A stretch of 64,000 bases of DNA, from positions 1,120 through 65,119 of the forward strand of contig CANHRE010000005.1 of NCBI GenBank assembly GCA_947463095.1. Reading direction: 5' to 3'. Position numbers and translations under genes: made by a program. Below, one piece after another: positions 9,985 to 19,366 of this stretch (positions within the stretch are counted from its first letter, which is position 1; every line of letters begins with the position of its first letter). The notes under the pieces are model-generated. The model saw only the letters and a program-made list of their open reading frames with translations. It made no database searches and was not told where the DNA came from. The DNA comes from Flavobacteriales bacterium (GTDB lineage: Bacteria > Bacteroidota > Bacteroidia > NS11-12g > UBA955).

Positions 9985-10060
9985 GCGAACGCTTACGTTC
10001 CCTTTAGAAAAAAAATCCTTTTCCCCATTTACCCGGAGCTCACTTCCTGTATCAAGGAAC

Positions 10061-10894
10061 ATGGCTACCGTGTTTCCCTCGTTGCGCCAACAGGACCCCC
10101 GCAACTTCCAGTTGCTCTACCTTGGCCTGTTCCTGAGCTATGGCATTGCCTTTCTGGGCTGGCACCGCGACTGGTTTCAAACGCTGGTGCTCTGGTGCTC
10201 CTGCCTGGGCACCCAATACCTGTTCTGCCGGCTGTATGGCAAGAGCCTCGATGCCCTGAAAAGCGCCATGATTACCGCGCTGGGACTCACCCTGCTCCTG
10301 CGGGCAGGTTCCCCCTGGGTCTATGCCGGAGCAGGAAGCCTGGCCATAGCCTCCAAGTTCCTCATTCGCTTCCGCGGGAAGCACCTGTTTAACCCCGCCA
10401 ACCTGGCCCTGGTGGTGTGGGTGCTGCTGCTCAAACAAGCCTGGGTGTCACCAGGGCAATGGGGAAGCAGCGCCATACTCATCTATTTCATCGGGGCCGC
10501 CGGCATGATGGTGCTTTTTCGCTCTTCCCGCGTGGATACCGCCTTCAGTTTTCTGGGCGTGCTCTTCGTGCTGGAAGCCACGCGAAACTGTCTGTACCTG
10601 GGCTGGCCCGCCGATTACCTGTTCCACCGCTTCTCCAATGGCAGCCTGCTGCTGTTCAGCTTCTTCATGATTACCGACCCGATGACCACGCCCGACCGAC
10701 GCGCAGCACGTATGCTCTGGGCCGCCCTCACCGCGCTAATCACCTTCCTGCTGGGCAACTTCATGTACCTGCAGAATGCCCCTGTGCCCGCGCTCTTCAT
10801 CATGAGCCTGTGCACCCCGCTGTTTGACAGCCTCTGGAAAGCAGAACGCTTTCAATGGCTACCACGTAAAACATCCAATTACCAGACCATATGA
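10061..10894 (+). CDS. Stand-alone NqrB/RnfD-family membrane protein
   Basis: Multi-TM with NqrB/RnfD motifs KHLFNPA and FFMITDPMTTP; only 277 aa; no other nqr/rnf subunits nearby. Confidence 0.8.
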   Translation: MATVFPSLRQQDPRNFQLLYLGLFLSYGIAFLGWHRDWFQTLVLWCSCLGTQYLFCRLYGKSLDALKSAMITALGLTLLLRAGSPWVYAGAGSLAIASKFLIRFRGKHLFNPANLALVVWVLLLKQAWVSPGQWGSSAILIYFIGAAGMMVLFRSSRVDTAFSFLGVLFVLEATRNCLYLGWPADYLFHRFSNGSLLLFSFFMITDPMTTPDRRAARMLWAALTALITFLLGNFMYLQNAPVPALFIMSLCTPLFDSLWKAERFQWLPRKTSNYQTI

Positions 10895-12354
10895 ACATCC
10901 TGAAAAAACTCCTGCTGCCGGTCGTTTTGACCTGCCTGAGCGCGGTTGAAACCCAAGCCTTCTGCGGCTTCTATGTGGCCAAAGCCGGCGCCTCCCTGTA
11001 CAACGAAAAGAGCGAAGTAATCATGGTCCGCGACGGACAGCGCACGGTCATCACCATGAGCAACGACTTCAAAGGCGCTGCCACCGACTTTGCCATGGTG
11101 GTTCCCGTGCCCCATGTGCTGAAAGAACAGGACATCCGCGTGGTCGACCGCGGCCTGTTCGATCGCTTCGATGCTTACTCCTCTCCGCGCCTCGTGGAAT
11201 ACTTTGATCCCGCACCTTGCGGCTACCGGGAAGTGTCGGTGGTTACCAAGCGGATGATGCGCAGCGCCAATGAATCCACGGATGATGTACGCGAGCAATT
11301 GTCGGAGGTAGACTATGGTGTGCACATTGAAGCCAGCTATACCGTGGGTGAGTACGACATTCTGATTCTTTCTGCGGAAGAAAGCAACGGGCTCAAGACC
11401 TGGCTCATCAAAAACGGCTATAAGATTCCGGAGTCGGCCAACGAGGTGCTGCAACCCTATATCAACAGCGGCATGAAGTTCTTTGTGGTGAAGGTGAACC
11501 TGGAAGCGGCTGCGCAAACTGGTTACCAATACCTCAGGCCCATACAGATCAGCATGAATACCGATAAGTTCATGCTGCCCATCCGACTGGGCATGGCCAA
11601 CAGCAAGGGCGAGCAGGACCTAATCATCTACGCCATCACCCGCGGCGGCGCCGTGGAAACCACCAATTACCGCAACCTGCGCATGGTTACCGGAAGAACC
11701 GTGCCCACCTTCGTGAAGACCCATTTCGACCGCTTCTATACCGACCTGTTTGCCCGGCAGCATGGCAATGAAGGGCGCAATGCCGTGTTCACCGAATACG
11801 CCTGGGACGTCACCCCGAACTGGGGCATCAAGTGCGATCCCTGTGTTGGCAATCCCCCGCAGTACAACGACCTGATCAGCGCCGGGGTGGACTGGCTGGA
11901 CATGAGCAACCCGCAGGGTGGCAACGGCGCCTTCTTCACCCGCATGCACGTGCGCTACGGCAGGGCGCAGTTCCCGCAGGACCTGATGTTCAACACCACC
12001 TCCAACCGGGAATCCTATCAGGCGCGTTACATAATCAACTGGCCTGCCGGCGGCGACATGAGCTGTCCGGAAGCCCGCAAGTACCTGAGTGGTCTGCCCA
12101 ACCGCCGCCGCATGGAGCTGATGGAACTGGGCGCCCTCACCGGCTGGGACATCAGCCTGTACAAGCAATACGAACAGGATGGCATGGATCCCGGCATCCG
12201 TGAAGGCGAACAAAAAGGCATGTTGCCCATCCGCTACAACAAGCGCAATGATCCACCGGCCGGCGGTCAGGGCCCGGTATGGTTCCTGTTGGCCGGAATC
12301 CTGGCCACGGGCCTGCTGCTGGCCTTGCCCGTGCTGAAAAGAGCGCATCCTTAA
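10891..12354 (+). CDS. DUF2330-domain exported protein with C-terminal membrane anchor
   Basis: Signal peptide then FCGFYVAKA, FAMVVPVP, APRL-like SPRLVEY, L.TWL..NGY.IP, FTRMH; C-terminal TM helix plus basic tail; ATGA-coupled to the upstream gene. Confidence 0.8.
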   Translation: MNILKKLLLPVVLTCLSAVETQAFCGFYVAKAGASLYNEKSEVIMVRDGQRTVITMSNDFKGAATDFAMVVPVPHVLKEQDIRVVDRGLFDRFDAYSSPRLVEYFDPAPCGYREVSVVTKRMMRSANESTDDVREQLSEVDYGVHIEASYTVGEYDILILSAEESNGLKTWLIKNGYKIPESANEVLQPYINSGMKFFVVKVNLEAAAQTGYQYLRPIQISMNTDKFMLPIRLGMANSKGEQDLIIYAITRGGAVETTNYRNLRMVTGRTVPTFVKTHFDRFYTDLFARQHGNEGRNAVFTEYAWDVTPNWGIKCDPCVGNPPQYNDLISAGVDWLDMSNPQGGNGAFFTRMHVRYGRAQFPQDLMFNTTSNRESYQARYIINWPAGGDMSCPEARKYLSGLPNRRRMELMELGALTGWDISLYKQYEQDGMDPGIREGEQKGMLPIRYNKRNDPPAGGQGPVWFLLAGILATGLLLALPVLKRAHP

Positions 12355-12405
12355 TACCATAAACCACCATCACAAAGCGCTAAACGGCATAAACTTCATT
12401 CAAAT

Positions 12406-12439
12406 CAACAAAGACAGGGCGAAAGCCCTGTCTTTGTTG
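12406..12439 (+). terminator. Rho-independent terminator (possibly bidirectional)
   Basis: Perfect 15-bp stem CAACAAAGACAGGGC-GAAA-GCCCTGTCTTTGTTG after the DUF2330 gene. Confidence 0.85.
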
Positions 12440-12485
12440 TATGGCAGAGAACGTAAACCACGGTACGCATAAAACTTTTAATACC

Positions 12486-12666
12486 TGGCATCCTGAGCCC
12501 GCCTGTCATCCTGAGCCTGTCCTTTAGACTTGCAGAAGGTTACTTAGCGGATAAAACACATCACCCAGAGAGGATTATCTGAAAGACAATAATTTTTAAT
12601 ATTGTCATGAGTAAGCTAAACAGCCGAACTACGAACCACCAAGGGTATGGAAAATCTTATGGTTCG
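12486..12666. repeat. Truncated and degenerate REP-like copies
   Basis: Tandem TGGCATCCTGAGCCCG / TGTCATCCTGAGCCTGTC (12486-12521). TGTCATGAGTAAGCT...CGAACTACGAAC, whose 12625-12636 part is the exact reverse complement of 2395-2406. Confidence 0.6.
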
Positions 12667-12703
12667 ATTCCTACAAGTATGGGCAATCTGCTCTGGAACC
12701 AGA

Positions 12704-12731
12704 TCCATTTTCCATTATCAATTATCCATTC
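12704..12731. repeat. Short tandem heptamer repeat (TCCATTN x4)
   Basis: TCCATTT TCCATTA TCAATTA TCCATTC. Confidence 0.55.
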
Positions 12732-13296
12732 TTACCCATTCTCAAAAAAAACTCAAAAATATTCCCCACCTAACTACCTCATAACAAAACACTTAACCCC
12801 AAACCCGCCCCCAAACTGCGCAAAATTAGCCACGCCAAACTTGTTATTGTACATCATAACCCTATACATTTATCTTCCCTCCATGTTGCACTTATACCCT
12901 TATCCTGCAAACATCTTTTTGCCGCTTGATGCCGATTGCGATGCGGGGAATCCACAAGATTATATAAAAAACCAAGGGCCATACCGGCTTCTGGCTTATG
13001 CTGCCAACGGAAAGGATTGTTTTGCGGGTAGGGTGCTGGTTGAACAAAGGGAAAGAAAACTAGACCGTTACAACAGAATACGGGAAATAGGGGTAGGGAA
13101 ACTAGGCCTTTAAGTAAGTTATAAGCAAGGCTATGAAGACCACGCGAACAGCGGAAATCCACAGGCTGAAAAGAGACAGAAACCCACCTAAACCAACACA
13201 GGTTTGTCTGACAGACCATTTTAGAACTCTTGAAAAGTAAACTGACTTGGAGGTAAAACGAAGACTTGTTGCACAAAAAAAAATAATATCAAAAAA

Positions 13297-13782
13297 ATGA
13301 AACATATCACAAATATTAGTTTGCTAGTGGCGTTATATTTCACTGGCAGCAGCAACGTGTTAGCTGACAAAATCAAGAAACACCGAGATCAATTACGGTC
13401 AGGTTATGACAAAGTAGAATCAAAGGAAATCTATATGGTTGGTGCTAATGGGGCCATGGAACACGTTCGAACAGATGTATGGTGCACAGGTGGTGGTTCA
13501 CAGAAATTTAGAGCTTCTAGTATAGCGCATCCTTACCCCCTCAATGAACTTGACATCTTTGGGAACGAATACACTGTAGCTGAGAAAGCAATCGCAGAAA
13601 GTGTTCTAATTGATGGTGACACACAAATTGAAGGTGGTTCGACTTCAGGTACTACCACTCAAACTGTTCAATTTGTAAACACATCAACAGGTCTATCATA
13701 TTATAGAACATTCTCTTACGTATGGATAACTAATTCAAACGGAGCTGTTAATAGCTCGCTTGTCATTTCTGAACGGTTTTAA
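13297..13782 (+). CDS. Hypothetical secreted protein A (paralog of 13797-14279)
   Basis: Signal peptide MKHITNISLLVALYFTGSSNVLA; A-rich translation initiation region; aligns by eye with the next ORF. Confidence 0.75.
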   Translation: MKHITNISLLVALYFTGSSNVLADKIKKHRDQLRSGYDKVESKEIYMVGANGAMEHVRTDVWCTGGGSQKFRASSIAHPYPLNELDIFGNEYTVAEKAIAESVLIDGDTQIEGGSTSGTTTQTVQFVNTSTGLSYYRTFSYVWITNSNGAVNSSLVISERF

Positions 13783-13796
13783 TTAAATTTATATTT

Positions 13797-14279
13797 ATGA
13801 AATATAAAATAATATCAATTGCCATATTGGCTTTTATGGCTTTCGATTGCTCAGCCTATGTACTGATAATTAAAAAAATCAAAGTAGGCGGTGATGGTAG
13901 TGGTAATTACGATTACGTGAACAGAACTGTAACTGATAACACTATTGATATCGAAGGAATACCAAGACTTCAATCACGAACGATTTCAATATTTTGTGCT
14001 GGAATTGGTGGAAACGCTTGTCCAAATAATATAGCTTATATTGGAGGCGGAAATGAAGAACAACCCGTAATCTCGGAACTCTTTACATTGGAAGCAATAA
14101 ATGCCGCACAGATGCTGCTCAACAATGCTGAGGTCCAAAGTTCCTCTGGGCAAGTAAGTGGCAACAACCGTGGTACTATTGTTACTCCAGACGGCAGGCA
14201 GTACCTTTATTATATATCTTGTAATACAGATGTTTCGGGTATTAAACATATTAATATGATATTTCAGGATGCTTCATAA
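13797..14279 (+). CDS. Hypothetical secreted protein B
   Basis: Signal peptide MKYKIISIAILAFMAFDCSA; CAGIGGNAC loop; 14-nt gap from ORF A. Confidence 0.75.
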   Translation: MKYKIISIAILAFMAFDCSAYVLIIKKIKVGGDGSGNYDYVNRTVTDNTIDIEGIPRLQSRTISIFCAGIGGNACPNNIAYIGGGNEEQPVISELFTLEAINAAQMLLNNAEVQSSSGQVSGNNRGTIVTPDGRQYLYYISCNTDVSGIKHINMIFQDAS

Positions 14280-15483
14280 CATCAACATCTATTTAAGTTT
14301 CACTAATGTCAGAAGGAAGATTATAACAATCTTTTTTCTGATTTACCATTGTAGTGTTGTTTACTCGCAAAATTCATCCTTTCATCTCGATTCCGTGCTG
14401 TATTTTGACGAAATCCCAGTAACGTACAGCGAGGTTTCAAGGATTGTTTCATCAAAATCATACGGAGACATATTTTACATAGCTTTTATCCGTGATAACA
14501 ATTTTCACCTATATACGTATAATCATTCGAAAAAGCTTCTTAAAAAAGATAATTTCAAATTAAACAGCAAACTGGCCATTGGTATGAAACCTTATGATTT
14601 TGTTGTTACTGATAATGATGTATATGTACTTTTGGATAAAAAGATACATTGTCTATCAAAGGCCAAGATGAAGGAAGTATATTCGTTTTACTGCGGAAGA
14701 GCAGAGTATTTGTTTTTGTCGCAGGAGCATATCATTGCTGGATTTTATTATAATTATCATCCGGATGACAGCCCTTATAAGGCAGGTCTCAGAAAGTTTA
14801 ATTTACAGGGTATTCAAGAAGACAGTGTCTTTTTGGACCTTCCATTTCCGGAATACACGCACTATCTTCCTAGAAACCTAATATCGTATAATGGTAAAAA
14901 ATTTGTGTTTCCGTCCTTTTGGGGGTTAAACTTCCTCTTTGTGGACAAGGACTTTAGACACATTGACACCCTCTTTTTGGCTGTTGACAAATATGACAGT
15001 ACCTGGGTTTTCCCTTCTCAGGCTCTTAGTAAATCCATAGCTGAAAATATGGACAATCTCTCTTTATATTGGGGTCTACTTGATAATGCTAATTCATCTA
15101 AAGTTTCAAGAATTGAATTTGTAGAATTCACTGATTCTAATAATCTTTTGGTGCGTTGGTTCAGCCCCAACCCAAAGAGAGGGTATTCAGACAGATTTTC
15201 AATGAATCTAAAGAATATTGCAGGCTCCTGGAAACCTCAGGAAGCCGTTTCATATTTAGAGACACCCATACCATTTAATACAAGTCTAAATATCTATGCA
15301 GGTGGTATGCCTTTGCTTTCACACAACTTTTTGACGAGTTATTCCCCAAAACATATTTATCAAATAAAGATTGATATTCCATATGTTGAAAGTTTAACGT
15401 ATAAAGAATATTATCAACGAAGGATGGAAAAGGAAAAGGTATTAGATCCAATTATATCCCTATGGGTGTTCAAATATGACTAA
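14269..15483 (+). CDS. Hypothetical exported protein, putative beta-propeller
   Basis: N-terminal signal-like segment; repeated short beta-strand patterns (YDFVVTDNDVYVLLD, LRKFNLQG, FLFVDKDF); overlaps neighbours on both sides. The fold is inferred. Confidence 0.65.
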   Translation: MLHNINIYLSFTNVRRKIITIFFLIYHCSVVYSQNSSFHLDSVLYFDEIPVTYSEVSRIVSSKSYGDIFYIAFIRDNNFHLYTYNHSKKLLKKDNFKLNSKLAIGMKPYDFVVTDNDVYVLLDKKIHCLSKAKMKEVYSFYCGRAEYLFLSQEHIIAGFYYNYHPDDSPYKAGLRKFNLQGIQEDSVFLDLPFPEYTHYLPRNLISYNGKKFVFPSFWGLNFLFVDKDFRHIDTLFLAVDKYDSTWVFPSQALSKSIAENMDNLSLYWGLLDNANSSKVSRIEFVEFTDSNNLLVRWFSPNPKRGYSDRFSMNLKNIAGSWKPQEAVSYLETPIPFNTSLNIYAGGMPLLSHNFLTSYSPKHIYQIKIDIPYVESLTYKEYYQRRMEKEKVLDPIISLWVFKYD

Positions 15484-15997
15484 ACGTTCCTTTATAATAT
15501 GCCTACTCACATTCACTGGGTGTACGAATCTAAAACTGGCAACCCCTCCCATTGGTAGCCCTCAGTTACAGGTTTGCAATTTAGATAATGATACGACTGA
15601 AGTAACGCTTGTTGGGAAAGTTTCAGTTCTAGTGTTTATTAAAGAACCCAGTTGTACAGGCTGCAAGGAATATTTAGCGAAATACCTGAATACGCTCAAT
15701 AAGAAATACCATCAATATATTATTATCGGCAAGTCACAAAGTATCTTGGACAAGAAAAGCTACCGTAGCTATCTTGATTTGAGATTTAAAAACTCTTTAG
15801 GAATATACTATTCTATGAGTGAAAGCTCTATAACTATTCGCTTAAACCACAAGGATTACATTTTCGACACAAGAATAAACCCATTTGTAATGGTTATTTC
15901 AGAAAAGGGCAGCTCTGTTGATATTTACAACTACCAAGAAGTTTTCGAAAATGTGTTTGTAAAAGAATCGTTTAAGAAATCTATGAACGGATATTAG
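15476..15997 (+). CDS. Thioredoxin-fold-like lipoprotein with CxxC
   Basis: Lipobox-like FTGC at residues 13-16; VLVFIKEPSCTGCKE motif; later NPFVMVI cis-Pro-like strand. Confidence 0.65.
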   Translation: MTKRSFIICLLTFTGCTNLKLATPPIGSPQLQVCNLDNDTTEVTLVGKVSVLVFIKEPSCTGCKEYLAKYLNTLNKKYHQYIIIGKSQSILDKKSYRSYLDLRFKNSLGIYYSMSESSITIRLNHKDYIFDTRINPFVMVISEKGSSVDIYNYQEVFENVFVKESFKKSMNGY

Positions 15998-16109
15998 CTT
16001 AGAAATAAGGATGAGACACATAAAAAACGAACCGTCAACCTTTAGCTGAATCTGAGGACTGGCATTGCCCATACCGCTCAAACAACGCATCGCTTCCTGA
16101 ACAAACCAA

Positions 16110-16158
16110 AAAGAACCCGGGCCGTCCTGCTCTACTGTGGGGCGGCTTCGTGTTCTTT
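16110..16158 (+). terminator. Hairpin closing the islet transcript
   Basis: AAAGAAC...GGGCCGTCCTGC-loop-GTGGGGCGGCTT...GTTCTTT; the G-U pairs fit the + strand. Confidence 0.45.
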
Positions 16159-16196
16159 AGAAGGCATCGGCGTATTCTGACTAACTTGCCTGTCTG

Positions 16197-16526
16197 ATGA
16201 TGCCCGCACTCCGACTGCACTACCTGTACCGTGATGATGCCGACAGGTTGACGCATGGCAGCTTCGATTTCAGCAATCCGGAACAACTGGGCGTGAAGCA
16301 GGCCATGGGTATGCTGGAGCCGCTGTTGATCGGTGAGGTGTTTATCATTCCCAACAGGGTAGGGCTGCCGGCGTTGGATCCTGTTGACAGTGGGGAAGAC
16401 GACGACTACCACGAGGTGGAATCGCTGGAAGTTATTGAGCTGGAATCAGCCCAGGGGCCTATATTCCATGAATTCATCGAGAAGCTGCGCCGCTTTAAAC
16501 AGCAAAATCCTGAAGAATACTGGTAG
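16197..16526 (+). CDS. Hypothetical acidic protein (YLYRD...F.NP...DxxHE pattern)
   Basis: Host-like codon usage; TAACTTGC promoter-like box just upstream; function unknown. Confidence 0.65.
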   Translation: MMPALRLHYLYRDDADRLTHGSFDFSNPEQLGVKQAMGMLEPLLIGEVFIIPNRVGLPALDPVDSGEDDDYHEVESLEVIELESAQGPIFHEFIEKLRRFKQQNPEEYW

Positions 16527-16576
16527 GCGCGGCCTTCAGGTTAGTCTGCCCGGGGTGTATCTTTACCCCTCAAATC

Positions 16577-19366
16577 ATGTCTGACAAGAAACTCTTCCTG
16601 CTGGATGGCATGGCGCTGATTTACCGCGCATTTTTTGCCTTCAGCCAGAATCCGCGCATCACCAGCACAGGCATCAACGCCAGTGCCATGTTCGGATTCA
16701 CAAATACCCTGCTGGATGTGCTGAATAAGCAGAAACCCACCCATCTGGCCGTGGTTTTTGATACCGATGCGCCCACGGCGCGCCATGAAGAATACGAGCA
16801 TTATAAAGCCCACCGGGAGGAGATGCCAGAAGATCTGAGGGCCAGCCTGCCGTATGTATTCCGCATCATCGAAGGCTTCGGCATTCCCATCATCACCAGA
16901 GACGGCTACGAGGCCGACGACATCATCGGCACCCTGGCCTGGCAGGCCGCCGATCGGGGCTTTGAAGTGTATATGATGACACCCGACAAAGATTTCGGGC
17001 AGCTGGTGCGCGACAAGGTATTTATTTTCAAGCCCGCACGCATGGGCAATGAGTTCGAAATCATGGGTCCTGCGGAAGTATGCAAACGCTGGGATATCGC
17101 CCGCGTGGATCAGGTAGTGGAAATGCTGGGACTCATGGGCGACAAGGTGGATAACATCCCCGGCATTCCCGGTGTGGGCGAGAAAACCGCGCAGAAGCTG
17201 CTCGCGCAGTACGGCAGTATGGAGGGAATCTATGAACATCTGAACCAGCTTCAGGGTAAGCTGAAAGAGAAGTTCGAACAACACCGGGAGCTGGCCTTCC
17301 TGAGCCGTCGCCTGGCAACCATTGATACGCAGGTGCCGGTGCAGCTGGAAGAGTTTGACATCACGGTTGACCCGGTGCGTCCCGAGTTGAAGGAAGTATT
17401 TGAAGAACTCGAATTCCGCACCCTCATCAAGAAGGTATTTGGCGGCGAGGAAGCCCGCCCGGCGGCATCACTGCAAACTTCCCTCTTCGATGCGCCCGCA
17501 GGGCCTTCCGCAGCAAGCATGGCCCCTGTCGAAGAAGCAGATCCGCCCGCGGAGCTGCACAACATTGAAGACACAGACCATCACTATGAAATCTGCTCCG
17601 GCGACGATGCCTGTAAAGCGCTGGCCGCCCGCCTGGAACAAGCGGAACAGTTCTGCTTCGATACAGAAACTACCGGCCTGGATGTGCACAGCGCGGACAT
17701 TGTAGGTCTGGCCATCAGCACCGAAGCCCACAAAGGCTGGTATATCGCCTTCGGAAACGACCAACAGGAAAACCGACGCATCCTGCATCTGTTCAAGGCT
17801 GCCCTGGAAGGCCCCGCCCTGAAAATCGGGCAAAACCTGAAATACGATATCCTTATCCTGCGCCGCTACGACATAAAAGTTCAAGGTCCCTTATTCGACA
17901 CCATGCTTGCGCATTATCTGGTGGAACCCGACAAGCGTCACAACATGGACATGCTGGCCGAACACTACCTGCATTACCGTCCCGTAAGCATCGAAACGCT
18001 CATTGGTAAAAAAGGAAAGAACCAGCTCAGCATGGCGGATGTGCCCGTAGAGAAAGTAAAAGAATACGCTGTGGAAGATGCCGATATCACCCTGCAACTG
18101 CATGGGGTTTTGCATCAGGAACTAAAGGAGGGCAAAGTGGAACAGGTGTTCCGGGATGTAGAAGTGCCGCTGATTCAGGTGCTGGCCGATATGGAACAGG
18201 AAGGCATCCGCGTGGATACCAATTTCCTGAATGAATACAGCCGTCAGCTGGAGGTGGAAGCCAAAAACATCGAACAGGAAATCTATGCACTGGCGGAAGT
18301 GCGCTTCAACATAGGCAGTCCGCGGCAGGTGGGTGAGGTGCTTTTCGATAAGTTGAAGCTGAGCGACAAGGCCAAGACCACCAAGACAGGGCAGTATCAA
18401 ACCGACGAAGAAACGCTGCTGGGACTGGCTTCAGCGCACCCCATCGTGCAGAAAATCCTTGATTACCGTCAGTTGCAGAAGTTGAAGAGCACCTATGTGG
18501 ACGCCCTGCCCACGATGGTCAATCCCCAAACCGGGCGGGTGCATACCAGCTTCAACCAGGCGGTGGCGGCCACGGGGCGCTTGAGCAGCAACAACCCGAA
18601 CCTGCAGAACATCCCCATCCGCACAGACCTGGGCAAGGAAGTGCGCAAGGCGTTCATCCCCCGCGATGAACATCATACCCTGCTCAGCTGTGACTACTCG
18701 CAGATAGAGCTGCGCGTGATTGCCAGCATGAGCGGTGATGAAGCCATGATGGAGGCCTTCAGGCAGGGTGTGGACATCCATACGGCAACGGCGGCGAAGG
18801 TGTTCGGCGTGCCGCTGGAACAGGTGGACAAGGAAATGCGCCGACAGGCCAAAACGGTAAACTTCGGCATCATTTACGGCATCAGCGCTTTCGGACTCAG
18901 CCAGCGCATCGGCATCTCCAGGAAAGACGCCAAGGATTTGATAGACAACTACTTCCGCGAATTTCCGGGCATACGCCGTTATATGGACGAAACTATGGAT
19001 TTTGCGCGCAGCCACGAATATGTGGAGACCCTGCTGGGCCGCAGGCGCTACATCCGCGACATCAACAGCCGGAACATGACCGTGCGGGGCTTCGCCGAAA
19101 GGAATGCCATCAACGCCCCGATCCAGGGTTCCGCAGCAGATATGATTAAACTGGCCATGATAGTCATCCAAAAGATGCTGAAGGAAGAAGGATTCCAGAC
19201 CCGCATGATCCTGCAGGTACATGACGAATTGCTGTTTGACGTTCCCAAGGAAGAACTGGAACGTGTCACGCCGCGCATCCTGCAGCACATGGAAGAAGCC
19301 CTGCCCCTGAAGGTGCCCGTGCTGGTTGAATCCGGGCACGGCGGTAACTGGCTGGAAGCGCATTGA
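16577..19366 (+). CDS. polA: DNA polymerase I
   Basis: 5'-3' exonuclease (LLDGMALIYRAFFA, EADDIIGTLA), 3'-5' exonuclease (FDTETTG), polymerase motifs DYSQIELR, AKTVNFGIIYG and LQVHDEL. Confidence 0.99.
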   Translation: MSDKKLFLLDGMALIYRAFFAFSQNPRITSTGINASAMFGFTNTLLDVLNKQKPTHLAVVFDTDAPTARHEEYEHYKAHREEMPEDLRASLPYVFRIIEGFGIPIITRDGYEADDIIGTLAWQAADRGFEVYMMTPDKDFGQLVRDKVFIFKPARMGNEFEIMGPAEVCKRWDIARVDQVVEMLGLMGDKVDNIPGIPGVGEKTAQKLLAQYGSMEGIYEHLNQLQGKLKEKFEQHRELAFLSRRLATIDTQVPVQLEEFDITVDPVRPELKEVFEELEFRTLIKKVFGGEEARPAASLQTSLFDAPAGPSAASMAPVEEADPPAELHNIEDTDHHYEICSGDDACKALAARLEQAEQFCFDTETTGLDVHSADIVGLAISTEAHKGWYIAFGNDQQENRRILHLFKAALEGPALKIGQNLKYDILILRRYDIKVQGPLFDTMLAHYLVEPDKRHNMDMLAEHYLHYRPVSIETLIGKKGKNQLSMADVPVEKVKEYAVEDADITLQLHGVLHQELKEGKVEQVFRDVEVPLIQVLADMEQEGIRVDTNFLNEYSRQLEVEAKNIEQEIYALAEVRFNIGSPRQVGEVLFDKLKLSDKAKTTKTGQYQTDEETLLGLASAHPIVQKILDYRQLQKLKSTYVDALPTMVNPQTGRVHTSFNQAVAATGRLSSNNPNLQNIPIRTDLGKEVRKAFIPRDEHHTLLSCDYSQIELRVIASMSGDEAMMEAFRQGVDIHTATAAKVFGVPLEQVDKEMRRQAKTVNFGIIYGISAFGLSQRIGISRKDAKDLIDNYFREFPGIRRYMDETMDFARSHEYVETLLGRRRYIRDINSRNMTVRGFAERNAINAPIQGSAADMIKLAMIVIQKMLKEEGFQTRMILQVHDELLFDVPKEELERVTPRILQHMEEALPLKVPVLVESGHGGNWLEAH

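Larger units (their letters stand above)
12540..16030. other. AT-rich genomic islet (probable horizontal acquisition)
   Basis: Abrupt visible drop in GC and switch to A/T-ending codons relative to both flanks; no mobility gene; boundaries approximate. Confidence 0.8.

Noticed and set aside
12661-12671. GGTTCGATTCC resembling a tRNA T-arm at the islet edge
   Set aside because: No cloverleaf or acceptor stem; TGGTTCG pairs with upstream CGAACCA as part of the REP-like hairpin.
12607-13276. ORFs 12607-13113 (+) and 12854-13276 (-)
   Set aside because: They run through repeats and low-complexity intergenic DNA with no recognisable motif; a small gene or remnant at about 12883-13113 cannot be excluded.
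12521-16045. CCTTTAG at 12521 and 16039 as a target-site duplication of the islet
   Set aside because: Only 7 bp, likely by chance; needs an empty-site genome to evaluate.
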